A stretch of 64,000 bases of DNA from a virus: the IMG/VR virus record IMGVR_UViG_3300045988_183652, positions 1 through 64,000 of that record; one strand, given 5' to 3'. The translations under genes and the position numbers were made by a program. This document shows, piece after piece, positions 54,590 through 63,817 of this stretch. The stretch's first letter is position 1. Every line of letters starts with the position of its first letter. Below the pieces are notes generated by a model. The model did no database searches and had not been told where the DNA came from. It was given only the letters and a program-made list of their open reading frames with translations.

Positions 54590-54831
54590 GGTGAATTGTG
54601 GAGTTCTTCATTGATTTGCTTTATTGTTTTTTCCTGCCACCGGTTGACGTGCTTCGTCCTTGTGAGATTAAGCTCACCAACCTTGTGAAGAGTGATACCA
54701 ACTGAGCCAAAGTGCAGCCACGTACCCTCGGAAACGGATACTGTGCAGCCTTTTTTCGCACCCTTCAGCCGCTTCTTCACCGACGTGACCATTGCTTGCG
54801 TGACAATGCTCTTAGGACGTCCGGCCATCAT
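54577..54831 (-). CDS. small basic hypothetical protein
   Basis: 84 aa. Confidence 0.35.
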   Translation of the reverse strand: MMAGRPKSIVTQAMVTSVKKRLKGAKKGCTVSVSEGTWLHFGSVGITLHKVGELNLTRTKHVNRWQEKTIKQINEELHNSPWRP

Positions 54832-55382
54832 ACATACCTCGGACGGTACTCGCAGAGTCCCTGTTCAGGGTCCCATTTACTCGGAGGAAGTTCCTCATAG
54901 CAAATACCTGTCTTCTTGCTGGTAATCTTGATGGGATAGGGGAGAGATGCGTTATCCTCGTCATAGCACGCAATGTCAATGCCGATGCTGCGGATTTCCG
55001 TTCTGTAGGGCGCGAACTTATCGCCAAGCTCCTTCTTGAGATGTGCAATGAGCGCATCATGCAGGTCTTCGAAGGGAATCGACAGGTCGGCGACGACAGG
55101 ATACCATGGGAAATCCTTCAGCCGATAGGTCGTTCTTACCAAAGCACCATCTTTCGTCCAGCAGTGGACGTGGGGAAGCAGGTGGTCAGGGTTTTCGGCG
55201 ATAAACTTACGGTTCCAATCTACGACCAAGTCGTAGATATCCTTGCCATCGAAGATACCGTAGGTTTCATAGCATGGTTCGCAGATGAATGTCCCGTCGG
55301 GACACGCAACGTAACCCCTGCGGGATGCGCGGAGGTTTTTGGTGTTGTTCGTGTCGGCAAACAGCCAAGAGAAACTGCCCAT
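54828..55382 (-). CDS. hypothetical protein
   Basis: 184 aa. Confidence 0.4.
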   Translation of the reverse strand: MGSFSWLFADTNNTKNLRASRRGYVACPDGTFICEPCYETYGIFDGKDIYDLVVDWNRKFIAENPDHLLPHVHCWTKDGALVRTTYRLKDFPWYPVVADLSIPFEDLHDALIAHLKKELGDKFAPYRTEIRSIGIDIACYDEDNASLPYPIKITSKKTGICYEELPPSKWDPEQGLCEYRPRYV

Positions 55383-55385
55383 GCC

Positions 55386-55832
55386 TCACACCCCCTCCAT
55401 CTCGATACATGGCGTCGGGTACTTTACCGTCATGCCACAGTTCGGACAAAGAGAGGGCATTTCGCCGGCATCGTTACACACCAGCTCCTCTCCGCAGATA
55501 CAGCAACGGAAAACGCCATCGTCGCTGAGGTCAGCGACGGAAGGCCCCTTGAAGAAAACCGTCTTCAGTGCCTCCATCAGCTCTTCGAAGGTCAGCTCAA
55601 TGTTATCTACCAGATAGACCTTGCCGTCGGGCGTGCCGATGGTGACACCGTGGACATACTCTCCGTTCTCAGGGCACATCCTGCAGTCGGAGAACCGGTT
55701 CTTATAGAGTGCCTTGGCATCCGCCGTGACAGTGGCGTAGGAGTTGTCCATGCGCTCAAAAGTGAAGCGCACGTCAACACATTCAGCGGGCCAGTCACGC
55801 TTAACTGTAGCAAGTGCAAATTTCAGGTCCAT
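55386..55832 (-). CDS. hypothetical protein with C-terminal zinc ribbon
   Basis: CCICGEELVC...CPNCG; 148 aa. Confidence 0.4.
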   Translation of the reverse strand: MDLKFALATVKRDWPAECVDVRFTFERMDNSYATVTADAKALYKNRFSDCRMCPENGEYVHGVTIGTPDGKVYLVDNIELTFEELMEALKTVFFKGPSVADLSDDGVFRCCICGEELVCNDAGEMPSLCPNCGMTVKYPTPCIEMEGV

Positions 55833-55851
55833 ACCTTAAAACTCCTTTCCT

Positions 55852-56304
55852 TCAAACGGCGAATGTGTCGAGAACGCTTTTGTTCAAGCTAACCTTGACA
55901 AGATGCGCTCGCAGTGCCTCCTTAATGCGCGGCCACTCACGCAGCAGCGCCATACCCGCTTCAACGTAGGTATCGAAAGAGGAGCCGCTGTCGTTGTCCT
56001 TTTTGACAATGGCGAGCCCAAGGTATCCGGTTCGACCACTGACGGATTTATCCGTGACCGTGATATGGTATTTGTTCTCAATCCCATTTTTATCACCGTA
56101 GTACATCTTCTCTTCGCCGAAATCTACCGTCACGCTTGTGCCGCACATATGGGGGCAAATCTCAGACACAATGTAGTCTTCGATTTTTTGAAGATTACTT
56201 CTCAGTTTCTGATGTTCTTCACTTGTAAGTCTCATATCCATTTCTCCTTTCTTAAAAAAGCATTTAGGCGAAAAGTGGGGTCTCGATACGATTCGAGACC
56301 TCAC
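55852..56304 (-). CDS. hypothetical protein
   Basis: 150 aa. Confidence 0.4.
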   Translation of the reverse strand: MRSRIVSRPHFSPKCFFKKGEMDMRLTSEEHQKLRSNLQKIEDYIVSEICPHMCGTSVTVDFGEEKMYYGDKNGIENKYHITVTDKSVSGRTGYLGLAIVKKDNDSGSSFDTYVEAGMALLREWPRIKEALRAHLVKVSLNKSVLDTFAV

Positions 56305-56347
56305 CCTTCTCTTGCCTTACAGAAATTTTGCGGGGAAATCAGATGGC

Positions 56348-57331
56348 TTAGAACGGCAGGTCGCTGTCATCCACATCGTTCAGCTCATAGAAGCCGTTGG
56401 GAGCGGGCTGGCCGTAGGTCATGTTCGGCTGACCCTGCTGCTGAGGCATGGGGGCGGGCTGACCCTGCTGAGGCATAGCCTGCTGGGGGGGATAGCCGCC
56501 CTGAGGAGCCTGCTGCGGCGCGGACTGCGGATACGCAGGGGCACCATTGGCAGCGGGGGCGCCGAAGGAAGACTGGTAGCCCTGAGGAGCCTGCTGCTGG
56601 GCATTGGGGTCCATGCAGGAGCCGCTCCGGTTGCGGATGAAGTGGAAGTCGCTGACAGAGATGCTCAGGCTTGTGCCGGGAGTACCATCCTTGCGCGTAT
56701 ACTGCTGAATCTTCGCGGAACCGGACAGCCACAGCACAGGATTGGCGTAGTTGCCGTTTTCCGCCGTCACCATACGCATGAACCGCTCGGCGGTCTTCTC
56801 CCACATGGTGCAGTTGGCCCACACGACGTTCTTCTCGTTCTCCACGAGAGTCCCCTCGCCAAACGTATAGTCCAGATTGCTCTTCCTGTTCTGGATGGGG
56901 ATGGAGAAGTTGACGTAGGCCTTGCCCTCCGCCGTGTGCTTCAGACCGGAGCAGCGAGTGACAGCACCCTCAATATCGGTATAGATATAGGGCTCGCCGT
57001 TGCTGTTCATGGCATTGATGAAGTGAGCGGTCGTGTAGAACTTCCGGCCCTGCTGCTGACCGTTCTGCGGTGCAGCCGGCTGCTGAGGCGCAGGAACGGG
57101 CTGACCCTGCTGCTGGGGATAGACTCCCTGCTGGTGATAACCCTGCATCTGCTGCTGAGGGTAGCCATAGGCGGGCTGACCCTGAGGCGCACCGTACTGG
57201 GGCTGTGCCGGAGGGTACTGGCCCTGCGCCTGAGGATACCCATACTGAGGAGCCTGCTGCATACCACCGTTGTTGTTCTGATAAGACATAATTTTCTCCT
57301 TTCTTCCGCACGAAGGCGGACCAAATCCCAA
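56348..57331 (-). CDS. ssb: single-stranded DNA-binding protein with Q/P/G/Y-rich low-complexity N- and C-terminal regions
   Basis: Central OB-fold-like core and a C-terminal acidic tail ...DVDDSDLPF (the SSB DDDIPF-type tip). The N-terminal ~90 aa and a ~70-aa pre-tail region are Q/P/G/Y repeats. First gene after cassette M5. Confidence 0.6.
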   Translation of the reverse strand: MGFGPPSCGRKEKIMSYQNNNGGMQQAPQYGYPQAQGQYPPAQPQYGAPQGQPAYGYPQQQMQGYHQQGVYPQQQGQPVPAPQQPAAPQNGQQQGRKFYTTAHFINAMNSNGEPYIYTDIEGAVTRCSGLKHTAEGKAYVNFSIPIQNRKSNLDYTFGEGTLVENEKNVVWANCTMWEKTAERFMRMVTAENGNYANPVLWLSGSAKIQQYTRKDGTPGTSLSISVSDFHFIRNRSGSCMDPNAQQQAPQGYQSSFGAPAANGAPAYPQSAPQQAPQGGYPPQQAMPQQGQPAPMPQQQGQPNMTYGQPAPNGFYELNDVDDSDLPF

Positions 57332-57389
57332 AAATGTTTTGTTTTTTGTGAGGTTGAGATTTGGTTATTGATGTAGTTTTTTTATATTA

Positions 57390-57527
57390 AAAAAGACAGC
57401 TATCCTTCAAAAAGGATAACTGTCTTTGATAAATGATGGTGTCTTGAAACGGAGATAAATCTCCTTATAAAAATATCTTCGTAATTATACTACTATACTA
57501 CCACGTTTCATTATTTTGTCAACAGGA
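57390..57527 (-). promoter_or_regulatory. promoter + leader-hairpin cassette M5
   Basis: TTGACAAAATAATGAAACGTGGTAGTATAGTAGTATAATTACG; GGAGATTTATCTCC; AAGACAGTTATCC-tttttgaa-GGATAGCTGTCTT + UUUUUAAUAUA. Confidence 0.55.
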
Positions 57528-57621
57528 CAAGGCGAGAAAAAATGAGGTTTTTCCCTGTGGTTATTGCACGTGTGAAATTCTTCTGATATACTTTATAGCA
57601 CGATAGAGAGGGGGCTTTTGT

Positions 57622-58173
57622 ATGGGCCATTATGAGCGTATTTCGGTTGGCGATAAGATAAAAGAGCTCGCCACCAACGAGATTATGATTCGGATGTCCT
57701 TTGATTCCTCGGTAGGATGGAAGCTCGTTGTCGGCTTCCCTGAAATGAGAAAGGAAGAGAACGACGCCTTTATATACGGAGATTTACTGGCGGCTTTCAC
57801 TGTGGTCATGGATACACCATTCTTCTTGTTCTCCTTCGGAGGCGGGCCGTGGATGGATACGCCATTTGAGCCGCGTATTGATGCCTCGCTGCCCTCCTTT
57901 GACATACAACTCGATGACGGTGACGGACTTGGCCTTCTCGTCATGTCTGTTGACACGAAGTATGGTGAGGTAAAGGGCTTCAGGCAGGTGGGGCTTGGGC
58001 ATGGACTCAGCATGAAGATACTCTCCGTTATGCGAGAGCTTCAGCAGCGTCCGCCCATAACACAAGAGGAACACAGGAGAAACATCGAGCGAGCCTATCG
58101 TACATACGGGCTGCCGGAAGATATGCTTCGCACGGTGAAACCCGATGAGGTGTTTGCCATCATTAACACCTAA
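57622..58173 (+). CDS. hypothetical protein
   Basis: 183 aa; GAGAGGGGG RBS; lone plus-strand gene between two minus operons. Confidence 0.45.
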   Translation: MGHYERISVGDKIKELATNEIMIRMSFDSSVGWKLVVGFPEMRKEENDAFIYGDLLAAFTVVMDTPFFLFSFGGGPWMDTPFEPRIDASLPSFDIQLDDGDGLGLLVMSVDTKYGEVKGFRQVGLGHGLSMKILSVMRELQQRPPITQEEHRRNIERAYRTYGLPEDMLRTVKPDEVFAIINT

Positions 58174-58187
58174 ATAATTGCAAATAA

Positions 58188-58215
58188 GAAAAAGCAGGGT
58201 GCTATGCACCCTGCT
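58188..58215. terminator. bidirectional terminator
   Basis: AAAAAGCAGGGTGC-tat-GCACCCTGCTTTTT. Confidence 0.65.
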
Positions 58216-60523
58216 TTTTGTTTGTGTCGGCGTCAGACTCGTGCAACTCAGTGTAGAGCCAGTCGCCAAGCAGCGTATAACGCTTGTCGGTTTTGTTGTT
58301 CAGGATAGCCTTTTTTAAGGCTTCGGCTTTTCCGACCATGATAACACAGTCCTTTGCGCGGGTAATGCCAGTATATACCAGATTCCGACGCAGCATGGCT
58401 TTGTGTTCGGGAGATACGACCATGATAACGATGGAATATTCACTTCCTTGGCTCTTGTGTACTGTAGTACAGTAGGCCAAGTCAATGTTTTCCATTTGCT
58501 CTGCATCGTAACGGAGCTGATGTCCGTCGTCGTTAAACTCAATCGTCACGACGTCTACCTTTTTTGTCGGGTCGTCCTTGGCGGATTCAAAGGAGATGGA
58601 GTGAATCACGCCGATGTCGCCATTCTTGGCAAAATCGGTATTTTTCGTCTGCATCACTCTGTCGCCCTCACGGAACAACTTGTTATTGAAGATTGCAAAG
58701 TTCTTTGTAGGACTTTGGGGATTGATACGTTCCTGCAGCAGCTTGTTGAATCGGTTCACATTCAATGCACTCTTGTGCCGATAGGGGCAAAGAAGGGCTA
58801 CATTGGAAGCACCTTTTGACAGAATAGCCCGCTGGTAGAGTTCGCATACAGCGTTCTCAATAACGGCGGGGTCTCCGGTGTTATCTTCCATGAACATAAA
58901 CTGTTTTCTCGCAAAACGCAGGTTCACATCCCCCATTTGCATCTTCTGTGCGTTCTCCACGATGGGGTTTCCTTTGGCCTGACGATAGATAACGTCCAGC
59001 TTTGTGATAGGCACCACGCCGCTGCGAATCATTTCGTACAGGACATTACCGGCGCCGACGGAGGGCAACTGCTCAGGGTCTCCAACAAAGACAACCTGTG
59101 TTCTGCCCGGAATCTTCTGCAGCAGGTTATATGCTACAAAAGAATCCATCATGGAACACTCGTCAATGATAAAGATGTTCCCAAACAGTGGTCCGTCACA
59201 ATCTGTGCCGCCCACACAGTCATCGCCACGCAACCCAATAGCAGAGTGAATGGTAGATGCCTCTACGCCGGTCTGCTCCGTCATACGGCGTGCAGCGCGG
59301 CCTGTGGGTGCCAGCAGACAGGGGAGGGAGTTATCCTCTCCGTAAATAGCCTTATGCACATACAAAACAGCTTTTGTAACAGTCGTTTTGCCTGTACCCG
59401 GTCCACCGGTAATGATGCTCACAGGGTTCTGGAAACAGCTTATCACGGCCTCTTTCTGCTTTTCAGCGAGGGTGATGTCGTTGTCCTCCTGATACTCCTT
59501 CAGTGCCCTGTTGATGCGCTCCGTGGAGATGGGCTTATGACTCCGCATGAGCCGTTTGATGTGGCGGCTGATGCCGTATTCCTGCTCAAATCGGCTGGCG
59601 GAGTAGAGCATGGGTCCGGCCATGCGAATGTCCCTGCGCTGGCATCCACTGTTGATGGCCTTTTTACAGACCTCCTCAGTGATGCCTTTGCTTCGAACAT
59701 TTTTATTGGCCACCCTTGCCATCAAGGAAGGCAATTCAGACACTGGGACACACATATGACCGGCGGAAGCCGCCAAGTCCAAAGTGTATCGCAGTGCCTC
59801 CCGTAGACGAGCCGGATTGTCGATAGCGACGCCCTGTTCCAGAGCGAAGCTGTCTACCATATCGAAGGAAAACCCCTTTACCTCGCAGACACGGTAAGTG
59901 TCGTGCTTCAGGATTTCCACCACATCCTCGTCTGGGAATGCCTTGAGTAGTGTTTGTACCTTCCGAAGAGAGAGGTTCGCATTGCGAAGAAGCCTTGTGA
60001 CCTCGCGCTCTTTCTTCGTCTCGCTCAGAGCCACCTTCAGTCTGTTGACCATCTTCTTGGATACAGTGCGCCGTCCATACTTTACACCAATCAGCCGTTC
60101 AGGTTGGGTGTCCAGTATATCCCACGTCATATCCCCGAAGGTCTTCCATACTGCCTCGGAAGCAGCGGGACCGAACCCGCAGCGCAGGCTCGATAGGTAC
60201 GATATTGTGGCGTCCTTGGTTTTCTTGAACTGGTACTCAAAGGATTCGACCTTGAAGGATGAGCCGTACTTACTTCCTACAGACCAGTATCCGGTCATTG
60301 TAATGACCGTGTTCCGGTTTACGTTACGGTCCTCCGCATAGGGCAGACCATCGCCGGTGGCGACAAATGTAACGTCTGTTTGTGTGTTCTGGCACTTAAT
60401 GACCTTCCAGCCATCCTTTTCGTACAGTCGATAGATAGGAACGCAGGTGATTGTTTCAAGATTCTTGCTCATCACGCACGCGCTCCCTTCAGGGGAGGCG
60501 GCGAATGGGATTATAGTTGCCAT
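58202..60523 (-). CDS. RecD2-like SF1 ATP-dependent DNA helicase (RecD/TraA family)
   Basis: Walker A GGPGTGKTT, motif DECSMMD, C-terminal SH3-like region YTGITRAKDCVIMVG; 773 aa. Confidence 0.7.
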   Translation of the reverse strand: MATIIPFAASPEGSACVMSKNLETITCVPIYRLYEKDGWKVIKCQNTQTDVTFVATGDGLPYAEDRNVNRNTVITMTGYWSVGSKYGSSFKVESFEYQFKKTKDATISYLSSLRCGFGPAASEAVWKTFGDMTWDILDTQPERLIGVKYGRRTVSKKMVNRLKVALSETKKEREVTRLLRNANLSLRKVQTLLKAFPDEDVVEILKHDTYRVCEVKGFSFDMVDSFALEQGVAIDNPARLREALRYTLDLAASAGHMCVPVSELPSLMARVANKNVRSKGITEEVCKKAINSGCQRRDIRMAGPMLYSASRFEQEYGISRHIKRLMRSHKPISTERINRALKEYQEDNDITLAEKQKEAVISCFQNPVSIITGGPGTGKTTVTKAVLYVHKAIYGEDNSLPCLLAPTGRAARRMTEQTGVEASTIHSAIGLRGDDCVGGTDCDGPLFGNIFIIDECSMMDSFVAYNLLQKIPGRTQVVFVGDPEQLPSVGAGNVLYEMIRSGVVPITKLDVIYRQAKGNPIVENAQKMQMGDVNLRFARKQFMFMEDNTGDPAVIENAVCELYQRAILSKGASNVALLCPYRHKSALNVNRFNKLLQERINPQSPTKNFAIFNNKLFREGDRVMQTKNTDFAKNGDIGVIHSISFESAKDDPTKKVDVVTIEFNDDGHQLRYDAEQMENIDLAYCTTVHKSQGSEYSIVIMVVSPEHKAMLRRNLVYTGITRAKDCVIMVGKAEALKKAILNNKTDKRYTLLGDWLYTELHESDADTNKKQGA

Positions 60524-60583
60524 GTCGCCGGCCTCCTTTATAATTTATTTTTTTTTTGAAAAAACTACTTTACCTGAATGGGA

Positions 60584-61996
60584 TTATGCGGGCTTCATCT
60601 TGCTCTTCTTAATGCTGAACGTCCGCGTTTTACACGGGATGTCCACGATACAGTCGCGGAACTTTTCTGCCAAATCGGGGTTTGTTCCGTAGAGCGTGTC
60701 AATGAGCAAATCCAGAACATCACGCTTAATCTCCGTGCCCTTACGAGGACTGTTCTTGACCTCGTAGGTCTCGTCGTTGATGGTGATGAGTCCTGTATCC
60801 ATGTCGGGACCCAGCGCCTCAATAAGAGGCAAGGACGCTGACTTTCGCTTTTCGTCAAGAGCCTTTTTCTGCTTATCCAGCAGGGAAGACTGCTCAGACA
60901 GCTCCAGCCATTCAGAGACCTTACCGGCGAGGTCATCGGGAAGCGTGCGCGTAACGGCGGCCTTTCCAACAGTGGAAGCCAGTCCGTTGAGCACCTGAAT
61001 TTCCTTCTCCATGTCACCGGTATACTGGGGAACGCTGTTGTTCTCAACGTAAGTTTCCCACCAGTCTGCCTCAGCCTCAAGCTGGTCGTGCTCTGCTTCC
61101 GCATCACGGGGCATAAACCGCCGCTTGAACTCAGACAGGTCATAGGAGGAGCCCATATACAGGTCTCCAGCCTCGTAATCGTGCGTCAGGATGGCGCCGA
61201 TAAACGTACCCTTGATGCGCTCGTCGTTCAAAACAGCGGGATACTGCCGCATCTGGGGGATATACTGGGGAGGGACTTTGTTGTTGACCCACGCCGCGAA
61301 GTTCTGCTCCTTGGTCGTTTTCGCTTCGAAGACGAACAACTCGTTGTTCAGCTCCACGATGGCGTCAATGTTCGCCGTAACACAAGGAAACTCCTTACTG
61401 CGGAACATTCTGTATTCGGGGATGCGCTTGGCGCCGGTAAGCGCACAAAACGTATTCACGACTACATCTTCCAAGAAGTGACCACGAACAAACACGGAGC
61501 TGTTGCTATCCTCCCGTTTCAGGTTGGGATTTCCAACCTTGTCATGGTACAACTCCGTCTGCGTGCGATAGTGGGACGAGCCCATAATCACAGCCGCATC
61601 AGAACCGCCAATGCCGAGATGACGGATAGCCTCCCATTCATGGGTGGAAACAAAGCGGCAGTCAACGACGGTCTCCGCGTTGGGCCACTCCATACGGGGC
61701 TGGGGCAGAGGCTTCGTTTTGCCGTAGAGATTGCTCTCGAAGAGAACGGCATCGCGCAGCTCCTCCGGCGTCAAAGCGTCAAAGTCGCCATTCTCTGCCT
61801 GCATCCTCTTGAACACATCCGCTGCGGTTTCCGCGAACGACTCAACCGGCAACAGAGCAGCGACGCAGAGGTCCTTCGCCGCCTCCAATACCTCCATGCG
61901 CTGCCGAATGGCAGCCATGGTGTTGATGAACGGGATTGCAGCACGCGGGTCCATCCACATGGGAACCGCTGTGGGGAGATTGCACTCAAAATACAT
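60584..61996 (-). CDS. YqaJ-like (lambda-exonuclease-type PD-(D/E)xK) recombination exonuclease domain protein
   Basis: Start set to ATG 61996 (MYFECNLP...) with AAAGGAG RBS. GIGGSDAAVIMGSSHYRTQTELYHDKVG matches the YqaJ N-terminal signature. Long C-terminal extension. Confidence 0.55.
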   Translation of the reverse strand: MYFECNLPTAVPMWMDPRAAIPFINTMAAIRQRMEVLEAAKDLCVAALLPVESFAETAADVFKRMQAENGDFDALTPEELRDAVLFESNLYGKTKPLPQPRMEWPNAETVVDCRFVSTHEWEAIRHLGIGGSDAAVIMGSSHYRTQTELYHDKVGNPNLKREDSNSSVFVRGHFLEDVVVNTFCALTGAKRIPEYRMFRSKEFPCVTANIDAIVELNNELFVFEAKTTKEQNFAAWVNNKVPPQYIPQMRQYPAVLNDERIKGTFIGAILTHDYEAGDLYMGSSYDLSEFKRRFMPRDAEAEHDQLEAEADWWETYVENNSVPQYTGDMEKEIQVLNGLASTVGKAAVTRTLPDDLAGKVSEWLELSEQSSLLDKQKKALDEKRKSASLPLIEALGPDMDTGLITINDETYEVKNSPRKGTEIKRDVLDLLIDTLYGTNPDLAEKFRDCIVDIPCKTRTFSIKKSKMKPA

Positions 61997-62036
61997 TTTT
62001 CGTTTTCTCCTTTCTATGTGTGAGGGTAGGGTGCGG

Positions 62037-62294
62037 CTAACGCCGCACCGCACCCTCCATATACGCTTCAATGCTCCACTTGTTCTTAAACCGCTTATTT
62101 ACGGTACTGATGGGGTCGGTGCTCATAAAATCATCGCGGAGGCGACGGATTTGTGCCGCTTTGGTGCCTGCACAGTATTCCATAGAGCCCGTGCGAATCA
62201 TCTTTGTGATATGACGCTTCATGCCGTTGGGAGTGAAGGAAACCATTGTGGGACGTTTACTGTCCTTATGAAACAGTAAATATACGACTTTCAC
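62037..62294 (-). CDS. small hypothetical protein
   Basis: 85 aa. Confidence 0.35.
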   Translation of the reverse strand: MKVVYLLFHKDSKRPTMVSFTPNGMKRHITKMIRTGSMEYCAGTKAAQIRRLRDDFMSTDPISTVNKRFKNKWSIEAYMEGAVRR

Positions 62295-62905
62295 TGGCCA
62301 TCACCGTCCTCATCGTCCTCGTCGGCGTCATAGACGTCGTCGGAAAAGACCAGCGTGGTATTGAAGTCAACGACTTCAGACACGCCATACGTGAAGCTCA
62401 TCAGCTCGAAGCCGTGCCTCGTGCAGATTTCGTCGGGGACGTTGAGGAAGTCGCCGTAGTTGAATTCTCCACAGTTGTGCTCGTACATATCCAAGCCGTC
62501 CTTCGTGTGGCAGAATTCGACAGCGGCGTCACGAATGGCCCTTTCGAGGTCGAAATCCTCGTAGGGGATGGAAAACACCATTGTGGTGATATCCACATTC
62601 AGCCCATCTCGGTCCACCGCGTTGATGACCTTCGTGACTCTCGTAATCATATCCGCGTAGTATCCATCACCATTTTCGTCATAGACAACATACAGCTCCT
62701 CGCCATTGTCAGTATCGTCGCAGAGATGTGCGTCACCATCTACATCAACAGTGAAAGACATCTCGCGCTTATCGGGAAGACGGTGGCAAACCTTGTCACC
62801 GCCCCTCAGCTCGCGGAACGGAACGTAAAGCATAACACCATCGCGCTCGACGCGGACGGGGGTGTCCCCGTTCCCGAAAGTTTCAAAAACTGAAGCCATA
62901 TTCAT
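62291..62905 (-). CDS. acidic hypothetical protein
   Basis: Start set to ATG 62905 (MNMASVFETF...) with AAAGGAG RBS; D/E-rich C-terminus. Confidence 0.45.
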   Translation of the reverse strand: MNMASVFETFGNGDTPVRVERDGVMLYVPFRELRGGDKVCHRLPDKREMSFTVDVDGDAHLCDDTDNGEELYVVYDENGDGYYADMITRVTKVINAVDRDGLNVDITTMVFSIPYEDFDLERAIRDAAVEFCHTKDGLDMYEHNCGEFNYGDFLNVPDEICTRHGFELMSFTYGVSEVVDFNTTLVFSDDVYDADEDDEDGDGQ

Positions 62906-62918
62906 TTTTCTCCTTTCT

Positions 62919-63422
62919 TTACTTGGTGGTGGGCACAGGCTTAAAATCCACAGGCTTAAACAGCCTTGCAACCTCGTCAATCTCATCAGGGAGCCTTTTG
63001 GTGACGCGATTCAGTCCGTTATAAGCACCGAGGGAACCCTCAGGATAGGTGGTATCCACCTCGCCAGTCTCATAGCGAAGATACGTCGCAATGAGTCCGT
63101 CCTCAATGGAATCGAACTCCGGCTCGACCGTGAGTGTCTCCGCTTCAGAGAAATCGTACAATCGGCAACTCTCGTCGTCGAAGGGACTATGAAGGGTGAT
63201 ATACACTTTAGCACCGAGCCCGCAAGGGCCGATGATATAAGGCTTTTTGCCCTTCATAGTGGCGATGCTTTCCACCATGGGAACGACAACCTCATCATAC
63301 CAGAACGGCATTTTGATGTTGTCTGCTTCCTTTTTTCTGCCCTCAGCGAGAAACCGCTTACGTTCGGCATCAGCCGCCGCGTACTTCTCGTCAAAAGCAG
63401 CGGTATATTCGCTCACTTTCAT
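62919..63422 (-). CDS. hypothetical protein
   Basis: 167 aa; AAAGGAG RBS. Confidence 0.45.
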   Translation of the reverse strand: MKVSEYTAAFDEKYAAADAERKRFLAEGRKKEADNIKMPFWYDEVVVPMVESIATMKGKKPYIIGPCGLGAKVYITLHSPFDDESCRLYDFSEAETLTVEPEFDSIEDGLIATYLRYETGEVDTTYPEGSLGAYNGLNRVTKRLPDEIDEVARLFKPVDFKPVPTTK

Positions 63423-63443
63423 GTGTTTCTCCTTTCTTATGTC

Positions 63444-63806
63444 TTATGCAATACAGACAGCACGGTCATCCCAGTATTCGTCCGCACCGATTTTACGTCC
63501 GTCGCCGCCAAAGAAGGCGACTCGGAGAGGCTCTGCCTCGTTGACGTAATCGAAACTAAGGCCTACTTCCGCGCAGGCGCGGAGAGCATCCTCAAGATGC
63601 TCTCCGTGCCGGCAGGTCCATAGAATGAGGACAGTACCCTTAGCCTGCTCTGCCTTGGCGCGGTTGATAACGTCCCACTTCGGCTCGACGATGTGAGGGA
63701 AGTCCGTGACGAACAACGTACCATCAAAATCGACGGCGATGCAGCGGGGGTATGGTGGAGTGGCTGCTGCCTGAGCCACATTGCTTGTGGTCAGGTCAGT
63801 TGCCAT
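63444..63806 (-). CDS. small HAD-like phosphatase
   Basis: CIAVDFDGTLF (DxDGT motif I); GGAGGG RBS; 120 aa. Confidence 0.45.
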   Translation of the reverse strand: MATDLTTSNVAQAAATPPYPRCIAVDFDGTLFVTDFPHIVEPKWDVINRAKAEQAKGTVLILWTCRHGEHLEDALRACAEVGLSFDYVNEAEPLRVAFFGGDGRKIGADEYWDDRAVCIA

Positions 63807-63817
63807 ACAGTTCCCTC

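Noticed and set aside
56312-57376. 354-aa plus-strand ORF and several 100-150-aa minus ORFs (56385-57324) overlapping ssb
   Set aside because: All are alternative frames of the Q/P/G-repeat region of the SSB gene. Repeats give open frames in every phase; only the frame ending in ...DDSDLPF has a recognisable SSB tail.
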